The position numbers and the translations under genes are program-made. The notes beneath the pieces were generated by a model, which saw only the letters and a program-made list of their open reading frames with translations, was not told where the DNA came from and searched no databases. From positions 123,573 to 187,572 of the forward strand of contig DATLXN010000020.1 in the NCBI GenBank assembly GCA_035575715.1: a stretch of DNA of 64,000 nucleotides, read 5' to 3'. This document shows, one piece after another, positions 27,457 through 36,717 of the stretch; position 1 is the first letter of the stretch; each line of letters begins with the position of its first letter. The stretch comes from Vicinamibacterales bacterium. Its GTDB lineage: Bacteria > Acidobacteriota > Vicinamibacteria > Vicinamibacterales > UBA2999.

Positions 27457-28071
27457 GACCACATCCCGTGCATCACGTGCGCCGAGATGCAGCCCGGGGC
27501 CTTCATCAATCGGGATGTCGTGCGCTTGGATTTTGTCACGCAGCAAGCGGCGCACCTCCCCAAGGGCGCGGCCTGGGACTTCGAGGCGCCTGGCCAACGT
27601 TTTGAGCCGCGAGATGACGATCAGCGTCGGGTTGTCGCCTTCGCGCCAGGTGATGCCGCCGATCTGGTCGTAGCGCATGAACCCGGTATCCAGCCAGATA
27701 CCCTCGGCGTACAAACCGCGGGTGATCCGGGTCGAGAGCGGCAGCATGTATCCAAAGTAAACAAACATCATCAGTTCGCCGACAGTGTTGGCTGCAAACG
27801 CACTCAACCAATCGCCGAGCGGTACCGCTTGGCCGGGCACGCGCAACGCCAGGTGCGCAAGGTAGGCCTTGAGGATAACGAGCAGACCCAGCACCACCCC
27901 GAGAAACAAGCTGAGGCCGAACTGCGGCGGCTTTTTCGCCGGCCAAGTAATCAGCGCAGACGGCCGCCGTTGCCACCAACGCCAGAGCTCGAGGCCGAGG
28001 CGGACGTTGGCGATGAAAAACCCGACACCAAGCACCAGCAGGACCTGCGGGAGCACGGCGGCGATCGACAT
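27454..28071 (-). CDS. hypothetical membrane protein (3-4 TM plus soluble C-terminal domain)
   Basis: The start [23 protein letters not shown] (ATG 28071-28069) overlaps the tdk stop as TAATG. There is no recognisable catalytic motif. Confidence 0.55.
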   Translation of the reverse strand: MSIAAVLPQVLLVLGVGFFIANVRLGLELWRWWQRRPSALITWPAKKPPQFGLSLFLGVVLGLLVILKAYLAHLALRVPGQAVPLGDWLSAFAANTVGELMMFVYFGYMLPLSTRITRGLYAEGIWLDTGFMRYDQIGGITWREGDNPTLIVISRLKTLARRLEVPGRALGEVRRLLRDKIQAHDIPIDEGPGLHLGARDARDVV

Positions 28072-28673
28072 TAGCGCTCCGCGCTCGTCGTTTCGGTGGG
28101 CGTGGCCGCAGCGAGGTTGGGGTCGAAGCAGTGGCGGCAACGCGCCTCGTAGGTGCCCATCGCCCCAAGCAACACGCGGTCGGTGTTGTGCACCAGGCGC
28201 TGCGTGTGATTGGCGGGATTGCCGCAGACCATGCAGATCGCCCGCGTCTTGGTGATGTATTCAGCAACGGCGAGCAGCTGCGGCATCGGCTCGAACGGCT
28301 TGCCGAGGTAATCCTGATCGAGCCCCGCGACGATGACCCGTACGCCTTTGTTGGCCAGGGCCGCGCAGGCCGCCGGCAGGCCCGCGTCAAAAAATTGTCC
28401 TTCGTCGATGCCGACCACTTCGGTGTCCTCTTTGACCTTAGACACCAGATCGTCCGCACCGGTCGCCTGCTCAGACGGAATGCGCAGTTCGCTGTGCGAC
28501 ACGATGTGGTCATGCGCGTAGCGCGTGTCGATGGACGGCTTGAAAATCTGAACCCGCTGCCGGGCAATCTGTGCACGCCGGAGCCGGCGGATGAGCTCTT
28601 CGCTCTTCCCGCTGAACATGCTGCCGACGATGACCTCAATCCACCCCGCCTGAGGGGTCCGGACTACATCCAT
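28071..28673 (-). CDS. tdk: thymidine kinase
   Basis: [30 protein letters not shown] (P-loop) and a C-terminal zinc ribbon [19 protein letters not shown]. The start is ATG 28673; the longer track ORF extends into a REP region. Confidence 0.9.
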   Translation of the reverse strand: MDVVRTPQAGWIEVIVGSMFSGKSEELIRRLRRAQIARQRVQIFKPSIDTRYAHDHIVSHSELRIPSEQATGADDLVSKVKEDTEVVGIDEGQFFDAGLPAACAALANKGVRVIVAGLDQDYLGKPFEPMPQLLAVAEYITKTRAICMVCGNPANHTQRLVHNTDRVLLGAMGTYEARCRHCFDPNLAAATPTETTSAER

Positions 28674-28689
28674 GTGACGATTATTACAG

Positions 28690-28880
28690 GACTCGGTGCC
28701 TTCGGCGCCTCGCGACCGGCGGCCCTCCGGGGGCCGGCAGGACGGGCGGCGCTCACGCGCGCCGCAGGAGCTCGGCCGTTGGCCTCGCCGCGCGACCGAA
28801 CGGTCGCCGCTCCTGCCCACGCCGCGAAGCGGCAGTGCGTCCTGCGCGCGGAGCGCGTCCTGCGAGCGAAAGCGAGTCCC
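28690..28880. repeat. GC-rich REP-like element cluster
   Basis: Palindromes such as gccggcggccc-tcc-gggggccggc. The strings gcgcggagcgcg and gtcctgcgagcgaaagcgagtccc are shared with the elements at 1346-1503 and 5201-5371. Confidence 0.5.
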
Positions 28881-28881
28881 T

Positions 28882-29448
28882 TTAAGCCCGCGCCTGGTAT
28901 TCGCCGGTCTCAGTGTTGACGCGCACGACGTCGCCTTCGTCGATAAAGGGCGGCACCTGGACGACGACGCCGGTCTCGAGTGTGGCGGGCTTCATCTGGT
29001 TGGTGGCGGTGGAGCCTTTGATCGAGGGGACCGTTTCGACCACTTTCAGGTCAACGGTTTGCGGGAGTTCGACGCCGACCGGCTCCTCACCGTAGAACTC
29101 GACCCGAATGGTCATCTCGCTCTTGAGAAACCCGACCGAGTCCCCGAGTGACTCCGCGGTCATGTGGATCTGCTCGTAGGTCTCGGTGTCCATGAAGTGA
29201 TAGCCCTCGCTGTCGTTGTAAAGGAATTGCATCTCCTTTTCATCGAGCACGGCGCGTTCGATCACATCCTCCGAGCGCAGCTTCTGTTCGGACATCGCCT
29301 GATTGCGAATGTTGCGGGCCTTGACCCGGACAAACCCGCGCAGGTTGCCAGGGGTGACGTGCATCAAATCGTGGATGCGCCACAGCTCGTTGTCGAGCTT
29401 GATGATCATCCCCTTCTTCAGTCGTGTCGCGAGCAGCGTGTCAGCCAT
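28882..29448 (-). CDS. efp: translation elongation factor P
   Basis: [55 protein letters not shown]. Length is 188 aa. Confidence 0.9.
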   Translation of the reverse strand: MADTLLATRLKKGMIIKLDNELWRIHDLMHVTPGNLRGFVRVKARNIRNQAMSEQKLRSEDVIERAVLDEKEMQFLYNDSEGYHFMDTETYEQIHMTAESLGDSVGFLKSEMTIRVEFYGEEPVGVELPQTVDLKVVETVPSIKGSTATNQMKPATLETGVVVQVPPFIDEGDVVRVNTETGEYQARA

Positions 29449-29544
29449 TCAAGAGTGCCTCTTCGGAAAGCGGTAGAACACTAAATGGTAGCTCTTTTTG
29501 GCAGGTGGGCTGGTGGGCAGGTCGGCGGGTGGGGCATTCGCGCA

Positions 29545-29632
29545 ACCTGCTTACCTGCTTACCCGCTTACCTGCCTACCCGCTTACCTGCCTACCTGCTC
29601 ACCCGCCTACGCGCCCACCTGCCTACCTGCCT
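29545..29632. repeat. 11-unit octamer tandem array (ACCTGCCT family) in the divergent efp/hsp20 region
   Basis: The units read acctgctt x2, acccgctt, acctgcct, acccgctt, acctgcct, acctgctc, acccgcct, acgcgccc, acctgcct x2, followed by ag. Two more units (ctgcctac ttgcctac) occur at 33851-33866. Confidence 0.9.
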
Positions 29633-29635
29633 AGA

Positions 29636-30052
29636 GTGTTACCATCGCTTGTGGCTTTCGCCCGCTGGGATCCGCTTCGCGATCTGCTCGCCATCCAACA
29701 CCGGTTGGAACGACTCTCATCGTCAGGCCAGCAGGGCTGGGCACCGGCGGTCGATTTGTGTGAAACCGCTGACGCCTTCATCGTGACCGCGGAGTTGCCC
29801 GGCTTGTCGCGCGACAGCGTGCGCATCGACGTGCAGGATGGACGGATTACGCTGCAAGGCCGTCGCGATGCCCGCGTCCCGTGCGAGCAGTATCACCAGG
29901 TCGAGCGCGGCCACGGCGAGTTTTCCCGCAGCTTTGCGCTGCCCCGTGCGGTCGAGACCGAGGCGATCGCTGCCGACCTCCGCGATGGCGTCTTGACCAT
30001 CGTCATCCCCAAGACCGCCGATCAAGCGCCCCGCCGCGTCGACGTCGGTTAG
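29636..30052 (+). CDS. Hsp20/alpha-crystallin small heat-shock protein
   Basis: ..RWDPLRDLLAIQHRLERL..PAVDLCETADAFIVTAELPGL..GEFSRSFALP..DGVLTIVIPK. I chose GTG 29636 as the start. The track start at 29498 would translate the octamer array. Confidence 0.8.
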   Translation: MLPSLVAFARWDPLRDLLAIQHRLERLSSSGQQGWAPAVDLCETADAFIVTAELPGLSRDSVRIDVQDGRITLQGRRDARVPCEQYHQVERGHGEFSRSFALPRAVETEAIAADLRDGVLTIVIPKTADQAPRRVDVG

Positions 30053-30098
30053 GGGATTACGCAGAGCGGGTTATCCGTAATCCATCGCCGGAATCCCC

Positions 30099-31289
30099 AT
30101 GCTGAAACGCGCTCTCCTCGCATTAGTCCTCGTCGCCAGTGGCCTCGCTGCCGGCATTGTGCTGACCGGCCGGATGCGTACAGATTCGAGTGTCGAGGCG
30201 CAGTCGGGACCGTCAGCCGAGACCGTTCCGGCCGTCGCCGAGCAGCGCGCCGCGGCGGTGACCGCGACAGCAGCGCCCGGTCCAGATTTCACGCGCGTCG
30301 CCGAGGCCACGGTCCGAGCGGTTGCCAACATCTCGTCGATCCAGGTCGTGCGCCAGCGCAGGTCGCCCTTCTTCAACGATCCACTTCTGCAGTTCTTTGG
30401 GGACGATGCGATGTTCGGGTCGAGGGATCGCTACGACTCCAGCCTCGGCTCAGGCGTGGTCGTGTCGTCCGACGGCCTGGTCGTCACCAACAACCACGTG
30501 CTCGGCCAGGGCACCATTGAAACGGTCACCGTCTCACTCGCAGACAAACGAGAACTGACGGCGCGAATTGTCGGCGTCGACAGCTGGACCGACCTCGCGC
30601 TACTCAAGGTGGAGGCGACCAACCTGCCAGTCATCCCGTGGGGTGATTCATCCAGGTTGAAAGTCGCTGAATGGGTGATGGCGATCGGCAATCCGTATCA
30701 ACTCAGTCAATCGGTGTCGCTCGGCATCGTCAGCGCGCTTGGCCGCAGCAATGTCGGCATCTCGACCTACGAAGACTTTATTCAGACCGACGCCGCGATT
30801 AACCCAGGCAACTCGGGCGGTGCGCTGGTCAATGCGCGCGGCGAATTGATCGGGATCAATACCGCGATTTTCACCCAGACTGGCGGCTATCAGGGCATCG
30901 GCTTCGCGGTGCCGAGCAACCTGGTCCGGCACATCGTCGACGAGCTGCTCAAATATAAAGAGGTCCGCCGCGGCTCGATTGGCTACCTCGAAGTCGCTCC
31001 GCTCACGACGCACGTGGCCCAACAACTCGGCGCCCCGTCGGCCGACGGCATCGTGGTCATGGACTTGCGACGTGGCGCGGCGGCGCGGGCCGGCATTCAG
31101 CAATACGACATTATTCTGTCGGTGAACGGCCAGCGGATCGGCGACACGGCGACCCTGCTCAAAGCCATCTCCGACGCACCGATAGGCAGCACTGCGACGA
31201 TCGAAGTGTTGCGCGACGGCCGCCGCCAGACCTTCAAAGTGCCTGTCGAACGACAGGGCCAACGCCCCGTTGCGCCGCGTGGACGGTAA
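30099..31289 (+). CDS. HtrA/DegP-family periplasmic serine protease with one PDZ domain
   Basis: Signal/TM N-terminus, VVTNNHV, DLALLKV and the catalytic serine block TDAAINPGNSGGALVN, followed by a PDZ-like C-terminus. Confidence 0.9.
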   Translation: MLKRALLALVLVASGLAAGIVLTGRMRTDSSVEAQSGPSAETVPAVAEQRAAAVTATAAPGPDFTRVAEATVRAVANISSIQVVRQRRSPFFNDPLLQFFGDDAMFGSRDRYDSSLGSGVVVSSDGLVVTNNHVLGQGTIETVTVSLADKRELTARIVGVDSWTDLALLKVEATNLPVIPWGDSSRLKVAEWVMAIGNPYQLSQSVSLGIVSALGRSNVGISTYEDFIQTDAAINPGNSGGALVNARGELIGINTAIFTQTGGYQGIGFAVPSNLVRHIVDELLKYKEVRRGSIGYLEVAPLTTHVAQQLGAPSADGIVVMDLRRGAAARAGIQQYDIILSVNGQRIGDTATLLKAISDAPIGSTATIEVLRDGRRQTFKVPVERQGQRPVAPRGR

Positions 31290-32421
31290 CCCGGCGTCGC
31301 TCCCCGCCAATCTTCTCGACATCACTCTCGCGCTGGCGCTCGCCGCCACGCTCGCCGGTGCAGTGGCTCTGGTCGCAAGCCGCCTCGCGCGTCGGCTGCT
31401 CCACGCGGTGGGCCAGGAGCACACGATGACCGAACCGCTCGCGCGCGGCACCATCCGGATCGTCCGCTTCGTCTCGTTCCTTGTCGCTTTTGCCGTCTTC
31501 GCCTTTCCGGCACTGGATCTCGCCGGTGTCGAGATGCGCGTGGGGTTGCACTCTGAGGAGCTGGGACGCTGGGCGGCCGTGACCGGCGTGCGCATTGCCG
31601 CACTGCTGCTGCTTGCCTTCGCCATCGTCCGGATCCTGGCTGCAGTCATCGTGCGAGCCGAGCGCGACTTGGCGGTGGGCACCGGATTTGACGCGTTGGA
31701 ACGACGCAAACGGGCTCACACCATCGCCGGTGTTGCACGCCGTGCGCTGTCGATCGTGATTTGGACCACCGCGGTGCTGATCGTGTTGCGCGAACTCGAC
31801 GTCGACATCACGCCGGTGTTGACCGGCGCCGGCATTGTCGGCCTGGCCATCGGCTTCGGCGCGCAGACCCTGGTGCGCGACGTGATTACCGGCTTCTTCC
31901 TGATCGTCGAAGATCAGGTTCGCGTCGGCGATGTGGCAATGGTCAACGGCACTGGCGGGCTGGTCGAGCAGATCAATCTGCGCACCATCGTGTTGCGCGA
32001 CATGGAAGGCACCGTCCACGTCATTCCCAACGGGGAAATCAAGACGCTCGCGAATCGAACCAAGGACTACTCGTACTACGTCGTTGACCTCGGCGTCGAT
32101 TACGACGCCGACACGGATCAGATTGTCACGTTGGTGCGTGGTGTGGGCGCCACACTCGCGGCGGAACCGGCCTTTGCCCCCTCCATTCTCGAACCGCTGG
32201 AGGTGATGGGTGTGGACGACTTCAAGGATTCGTCGGTGACGCTCAAGTTCCGAATCAAGACGGTTCCGCTCAAGCAATGGGAAGTGGGCCGCGAGTTGCG
32301 TCGTCGGATCAAATACGCGCTCGATCGCGAAGGAATCAAACTGCCATCGCCGCGGCTGGACATTACGGTCACTCAGGGATCAGGGATCGGGGATCAGGGA
32401 TCACCGATCGGGGACCAGTAG
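31270..32421 (+). CDS. MscS-family mechanosensitive channel
   Basis: TM helices followed by GIVGLAIGFGAQTLVRDVITGFFLIVEDQVRVGD..EQINLRTIVLRDMEGTVHVIPNGEI. The start is uncertain (TTG 31270 or GTG 31279); both overlap the htrA stop. Confidence 0.85.
   Translation: MRRVDGNPASLPANLLDITLALALAATLAGAVALVASRLARRLLHAVGQEHTMTEPLARGTIRIVRFVSFLVAFAVFAFPALDLAGVEMRVGLHSEELGRWAAVTGVRIAALLLLAFAIVRILAAVIVRAERDLAVGTGFDALERRKRAHTIAGVARRALSIVIWTTAVLIVLRELDVDITPVLTGAGIVGLAIGFGAQTLVRDVITGFFLIVEDQVRVGDVAMVNGTGGLVEQINLRTIVLRDMEGTVHVIPNGEIKTLANRTKDYSYYVVDLGVDYDADTDQIVTLVRGVGATLAAEPAFAPSILEPLEVMGVDDFKDSSVTLKFRIKTVPLKQWEVGRELRRRIKYALDREGIKLPSPRLDITVTQGSGIGDQGSPIGDQ
32374..32415. repeat. degenerate GGGATCA heptamer array inside the 3' end of the mscS ORF
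   Basis: cagggat cagggat cggggat cagggat caccgat cggggac, followed by cag TAG ATG. It encodes the tail ..GSGIGDQGSPIGDQ and abuts the decarboxylase start codon. Confidence 0.75.
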
Positions 32422-33837
32422 ATGGATCCAGAGGAGTTTCGCAAGGCCGGCTATGCCATCGTCGACTTCATCGCCGATTACCGTGCCCGGGTGAGCGAAC
32501 GGCCGGTCATGGCGCGCACCGCGCCGGGTGACATCAAAGGTGTGCTGCCCGATTCGCCGCCGCGGCAGCCGGAATCATTCGACGCCATCCTCGCTGATCT
32601 GGATCGCGTGATCATGCCGGGCCTGACGCACTGGCAGCACCCGAGTTTCTTTGGCTACTTTCCGTGCAACGGGACGCTGGCGAGCGTCCTCGGCGACTAT
32701 GTCAGCACAGGGCTCGGCGTGCTCGGCCTGGCGTGGCAGTCGAGCCCAGCGCTCACCGAACTCGAAGAGGTCGTCACCGACTGGTTACGGCAGATGGTTG
32801 GCCTGCCCGACGGGTGGCACGGTGTCATTCAGGACACCGCGTCGACCAGCACCTTGATCGCGCTGCTCTGCGCGCGCGAACGAACGACCGGCCTCAGCGC
32901 CAGTCGCGGTGGGATGCAAGCGGAGGCACAGCCGCTGACCGTTTATGCCTCGCGCCATAGCCACAGTTCGGTCGACAAGGCCGCGCTGCTCGCCGGGTTC
33001 GGCCGCGACAACGTCCGCCTCGTCCCCTACGACACATCGTTTGCGATGGACGCCGAGTCGCTCGAGGCGATGGTCAACGAGGATATTGCGCGGGGCCGAC
33101 GCCCGTGCGCGATCGTCGCCACGGTCGGCACGACGACGACGACAGCGTACGATCCGGTCAAGCGAGTGGCCGACATCGCGCGGCGGCACGGTCTGTGGCT
33201 TCATGTCGACGCCGCGATGGCCGGGTCGGCGATGGTGCTCCCCGAATGCCGCTGGATGTGGGAGGGCGTTGACGCCGCCGATTCGATCGTCATCAACCCG
33301 CACAAGTGGCTTGGCGCGGCGTTCGACTGCACCGTCTATTTCCTGCGCGACACCGAGCACCTGGTCCGCGTGATGTCGACCAATCCCAGTTACCTGCAGA
33401 CCTCGGCCGATGGACGCGTCAAGAATTATCGCGACTGGGGTCTCCCGCTCGGCCGGCGGTTCCGCGCGCTGAAGCTGTGGTTCCTGATTCGCGAGCAGGG
33501 CGTGGCAGGTCTCCAGGCGCGATTACGCCGCGACATGGCGAATGCGCAGTGGCTCGCCGAACAAGTGAAGGCTGCGCCCGATTGGCACGTGTTGGCGCCA
33601 GTGTCCCTGCAAACGGTGTGCATCCGTCACGAGCCGGCGGGCATCGTCGGCGAATGGTTGAACCGGCACACACTGGAATGGGCGGAACGGGTCAATCGAT
33701 CGGGGAGGGCCTATGTGACACCCGCAGTCCTCGACGATCGGTGGATGGTCCGCGTCTCGATCGGGGCGGAACAAACGGAGCGACAGCATGTCGAAGCGCT
33801 GTGGACGGCGCTGCGCAGCGAGGCAGAACGCACATAA
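32422..33837 (+). CDS. PLP-dependent aromatic-L-amino-acid-type (group II) decarboxylase, paralog 2
   Basis: HWQHPSFFGYFP, SASTLIALLCAR, HVDAAMAGSA and the PLP-lysine block NPHKWLGAAFDCTVYF. These resemble DDC/TDC-type enzymes. Confidence 0.85.
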   Translation: MDPEEFRKAGYAIVDFIADYRARVSERPVMARTAPGDIKGVLPDSPPRQPESFDAILADLDRVIMPGLTHWQHPSFFGYFPCNGTLASVLGDYVSTGLGVLGLAWQSSPALTELEEVVTDWLRQMVGLPDGWHGVIQDTASTSTLIALLCARERTTGLSASRGGMQAEAQPLTVYASRHSHSSVDKAALLAGFGRDNVRLVPYDTSFAMDAESLEAMVNEDIARGRRPCAIVATVGTTTTTAYDPVKRVADIARRHGLWLHVDAAMAGSAMVLPECRWMWEGVDAADSIVINPHKWLGAAFDCTVYFLRDTEHLVRVMSTNPSYLQTSADGRVKNYRDWGLPLGRRFRALKLWFLIREQGVAGLQARLRRDMANAQWLAEQVKAAPDWHVLAPVSLQTVCIRHEPAGIVGEWLNRHTLEWAERVNRSGRAYVTPAVLDDRWMVRVSIGAEQTERQHVEALWTALRSEAERT

Positions 33838-33854
33838 AACGGCGGGCCGCCTGC

Positions 33855-35477
33855 CTACTTGCCTACGTGACTTGCCCGTAGGTCCGCCAGCAGCCAGGTG
33901 GCACCATCAACTCGGACGGCTGCTGGAGGTGCGGCTACCGCAATAAAGTGGGTCGCCCAAGCCCCGGTGATCTCCAGACGCGACGTGCCTAGCGCGTTAC
34001 CGTCAGGCGCCTCGACGCCCAGGTCCACGTGCAATCGGTATAGCGGGCCGGGCTGAACCTGCGCGACCGTCACCTCGACTCCCTGGCGGTGCTGATCGTA
34101 CTGCCAGGACGTCTCCAGGCGCGGGATGCCGCCGCGAGTCAGCCATTGGCTGAAGAACCACTGCAGGTCTTTCCCACTCGCGCGTTCCATCACCGCACGG
34201 AACTCATCGGTTGAGGCATTGGCATCCCGGTAACGGCGGTAATACTCCCGCAGTCCCGTCCAGAACATGTCGTCGCCGACTTCACCGCGCAGCATGTGCA
34301 ACACCCAGCCGGCCTTTTCATACACCAACGGACTGAGCAGCCCCGTTAGGTCGTCGATGTTCCGGTGAATGACCGGCGCGTCAGGGCGCTTGGTGGTGGC
34401 GGCAATAATCGCGTCACGATCCCGCCTCAGGGCTGCGACGAAGGCGTCGCGACCTTTGTCGTGTTCGGTAAACAACAACGCGAGATAAGTCGCGAAGCCT
34501 TCGCTGAGCCACACCTCATCCCAGTCGCGTTCGGTGACCGAGTTGCCAAACCATTGATGCGCGATCTCATGGACCACCGGCCCACGCCCGGCGGCGACCG
34601 CTTTCTCTCCGTAAAAGATGACTGTGGCGTTCTCCATCCCGCCGCCAAAGCCTGAGGCCTGCACGTTCGCCAGTTTGTCGTAAGGATAGGGACCGACGCG
34701 CCGGCTGAAAAAATCCAGCGCGCGACGCGAGGTCTCTTCAAATAACTGCCGCCCGGCGAGTCGGTCCTGTGGAAAGGTCCATGTTTGCAGCGGCACGCCG
34801 TGTACCAACCCCGCGTGATGCACATCAAATCGCGCGACACCGACAGCAAACAGCCACGACGCAATCGGCACCAACTGCCGCCAATGCGTCCGGCGCCGTG
34901 CGTGGTCGAGATCGACTTCTTCGACCAGGACGCCGTTGGATGCCACCTGATACTGCGCCGGCGCCGTGACGATCATCTCGCCAGTGGCCTTGTCAGAAGG
35001 GTGATCGATCATCGGCAGCCAGTGGCGCGCGCGGTTGGGCCACCCCTCACTGAACATCACCTTGTCACCGTGGATATTGGTGAATGGCAGCAGACCATCA
35101 AGCGGGACCCCGGCGTAGCTGACGGTAAAGGTGACGTCCGTCGCCGACCCGCGATCGCCTGGCAGCGGCAGGCGGAGGCGGTTGGTGTCATGGACAAACT
35201 GCACCGGCGTCCCCGCCCGCGTTACCGCGCCGACCGTCATTCCTTTGCCGTCAATGGCGCTGACCAGGTCGAGCGCCACTTCGCGCGCCATCGGCTCAAC
35301 ACGGACCGTGACGTCGGCCTCGGCGTCGATCCGATCGAGGGCGTCATTCAGCACGATGCGGAATCGATAGTGGACCGCGTCGACGCCTGGTTGCCGCGGA
35401 TAGGTGTCCGCCGCCAGGTTCCACTCCGCAGCGATGCCGATGAGAACCACCGCTAAACAAATCGCGCGCATGCACAC
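33855..35477 (-). CDS. M1-family zinc aminopeptidase (secreted)
   Basis: GGMENATVIF (GxMEN) and HEIAHQWFGNSVTERDWDEVWLSEGFA (HExxH-18-E), with a signal-like N-terminus. Confidence 0.9.
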   Translation of the reverse strand: MCMRAICLAVVLIGIAAEWNLAADTYPRQPGVDAVHYRFRIVLNDALDRIDAEADVTVRVEPMAREVALDLVSAIDGKGMTVGAVTRAGTPVQFVHDTNRLRLPLPGDRGSATDVTFTVSYAGVPLDGLLPFTNIHGDKVMFSEGWPNRARHWLPMIDHPSDKATGEMIVTAPAQYQVASNGVLVEEVDLDHARRRTHWRQLVPIASWLFAVGVARFDVHHAGLVHGVPLQTWTFPQDRLAGRQLFEETSRRALDFFSRRVGPYPYDKLANVQASGFGGGMENATVIFYGEKAVAAGRGPVVHEIAHQWFGNSVTERDWDEVWLSEGFATYLALLFTEHDKGRDAFVAALRRDRDAIIAATTKRPDAPVIHRNIDDLTGLLSPLVYEKAGWVLHMLRGEVGDDMFWTGLREYYRRYRDANASTDEFRAVMERASGKDLQWFFSQWLTRGGIPRLETSWQYDQHRQGVEVTVAQVQPGPLYRLHVDLGVEAPDGNALGTSRLEITGAWATHFIAVAAPPAAVRVDGATWLLADLRASHVGK

Positions 35478-35482
35478 AGATT

Positions 35483-35577
35483 AAAGGGCCTGCCCCTTTT
35501 CCGACAGATTTTTCGCAATTTCTGCAACATCTCGGCAATCCGTGCCGCAAACACGAAGGAAAAGGGGCAGGCCCTTT
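35483..35577. repeat. 20-bp perfect inverted repeat with 55-nt spacer in a divergent promoter region
   Basis: aaagggcctgccccttttcc (35483-35502) and ggaaaaggggcaggcccttt (35558-35577). Confidence 0.7.
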
Positions 35578-35595
35578 TTCCTGTACCCTGTCCGA

Positions 35596-36093
35596 ATGCA
35601 GCAGGTTCGAGCAGCCATCACCGCGGGTTTGATCATGTTCGCCGTGGCGACAACCGTGCACGCGCAGGCGACGTTCGTTGTCGTGCGTCATGCCGAGCGT
35701 GCTGACGCCGGCGCCCCGGTCAGCGATCCCGACCTCTCGGCCGCCGGCCATGCACGCGCCGCGTCGTTAGCCACGATGCTTCGCGACGCAAAGGTGACGG
35801 CGATCTATGTCACGCCATTGAAGCGGACTCAGCAAACGGCCGCGCCAGTAGCCAAGGCGCTGGGTCTCACGCCGATCGTGCTACCAGCCGCCGACACCGC
35901 GGCATTGATTGCGGCACTTCAGCAGCATCAGGGCACCGCCTTGGTCATCGGCCATTCCAACACCGTCCCCGACCTCGTGAAAGCACTCAGTGGTGTCGCC
36001 GTGACGGTTCGCGATACCGACTTCGATCACCTGTTCGTGGTGTCGCGGCCGCTGGTTGGCTCCGCGTCGGTGCTGCAGCTCCATTATCAATAG
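35596..36093 (+). CDS. histidine-phosphatase (phosphoglycerate-mutase-like) superfamily protein, secreted
   Basis: Signal peptide MQQVRAAITAGLIMFAVATTVHAQA followed by FVVVRHAERAD (RHG-type motif) and ALVIGHSNTV. Confidence 0.7.
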   Translation: MQQVRAAITAGLIMFAVATTVHAQATFVVVRHAERADAGAPVSDPDLSAAGHARAASLATMLRDAKVTAIYVTPLKRTQQTAAPVAKALGLTPIVLPAADTAALIAALQQHQGTALVIGHSNTVPDLVKALSGVAVTVRDTDFDHLFVVSRPLVGSASVLQLHYQ

Positions 36094-36095
36094 CG

Positions 36096-36707
36096 CTAGC
36101 CGCGCGCCCGCGGGCCCGACACCGCCAGGCTGCCAGGCACGGTGCAGCGCCACAGTCGATCCGTGCCCAGCCGGATCCCGATGCGCGGGCTCCATTCGAC
36201 ATCGACCACGCGGTCGCCGCGGTCCTCGATGGTCAAGGGACGCCTGGTCAAAGGCAGCAAGTTCTGCGCTAGCGAGATCCCCAACGCCGCCGTGAGATTT
36301 CCCGGTCCGCGACAGAGCTGGTGATCGGCGGGGATCGGCTTCCCGCTCCGCCATTTGGCGCGTGACCGGCGTGCCCGCATCAACTCGATTCCCTCGAGCG
36401 GTTCGAGTGCGCGAATCAACACCGCCGCGGGCCACCCATCGGCTTCAGTCACCGCGTTGACCAGATAATGCAGTCCGTAATTAAGATAAACGTAGGACAT
36501 CCCGGGCGGGCCGTAGAGCGGCACATTGCGCGTGGTCCGACCCGGCGCCGCATGACAGGCCGGATCGTCTTCGCCGATGTAGGCCTCGACTTCGACGATG
36601 CGGCCGGAGGCGGTGCCGTCCGGCGTGCGGTGGACCAGGACCTTGCCGAGGAGTTCGCGCGCAACGTCGAGCGTCGGCCGCGCATAGAACGTTTGACGGA
36701 GGATCAT
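36096..36707 (-). CDS. mpg: DNA-3-methyladenine glycosylase (Mpg/AAG family)
   Basis: FYARPTLDVARELLGKVLV..GRIVEVEAYIGEDDPACHA..MSYVYLNYGLHYLVN. Confidence 0.85.
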   Translation of the reverse strand: MILRQTFYARPTLDVARELLGKVLVHRTPDGTASGRIVEVEAYIGEDDPACHAAPGRTTRNVPLYGPPGMSYVYLNYGLHYLVNAVTEADGWPAAVLIRALEPLEGIELMRARRSRAKWRSGKPIPADHQLCRGPGNLTAALGISLAQNLLPLTRRPLTIEDRGDRVVDVEWSPRIGIRLGTDRLWRCTVPGSLAVSGPRARG

Positions 36708-36717
36708 TGATCACCAA

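Noticed and set aside
29498-29635. N-terminal 46-aa extension of the hsp20 ORF given in the track
   Set aside because: The extension is simply the translated octamer array (LLTRLPAYPLTCLPAHPPTRPPAYLP). Hsp20 homologs start near the ..RWDP.. motif, and an in-frame GTG at 29636 fits.
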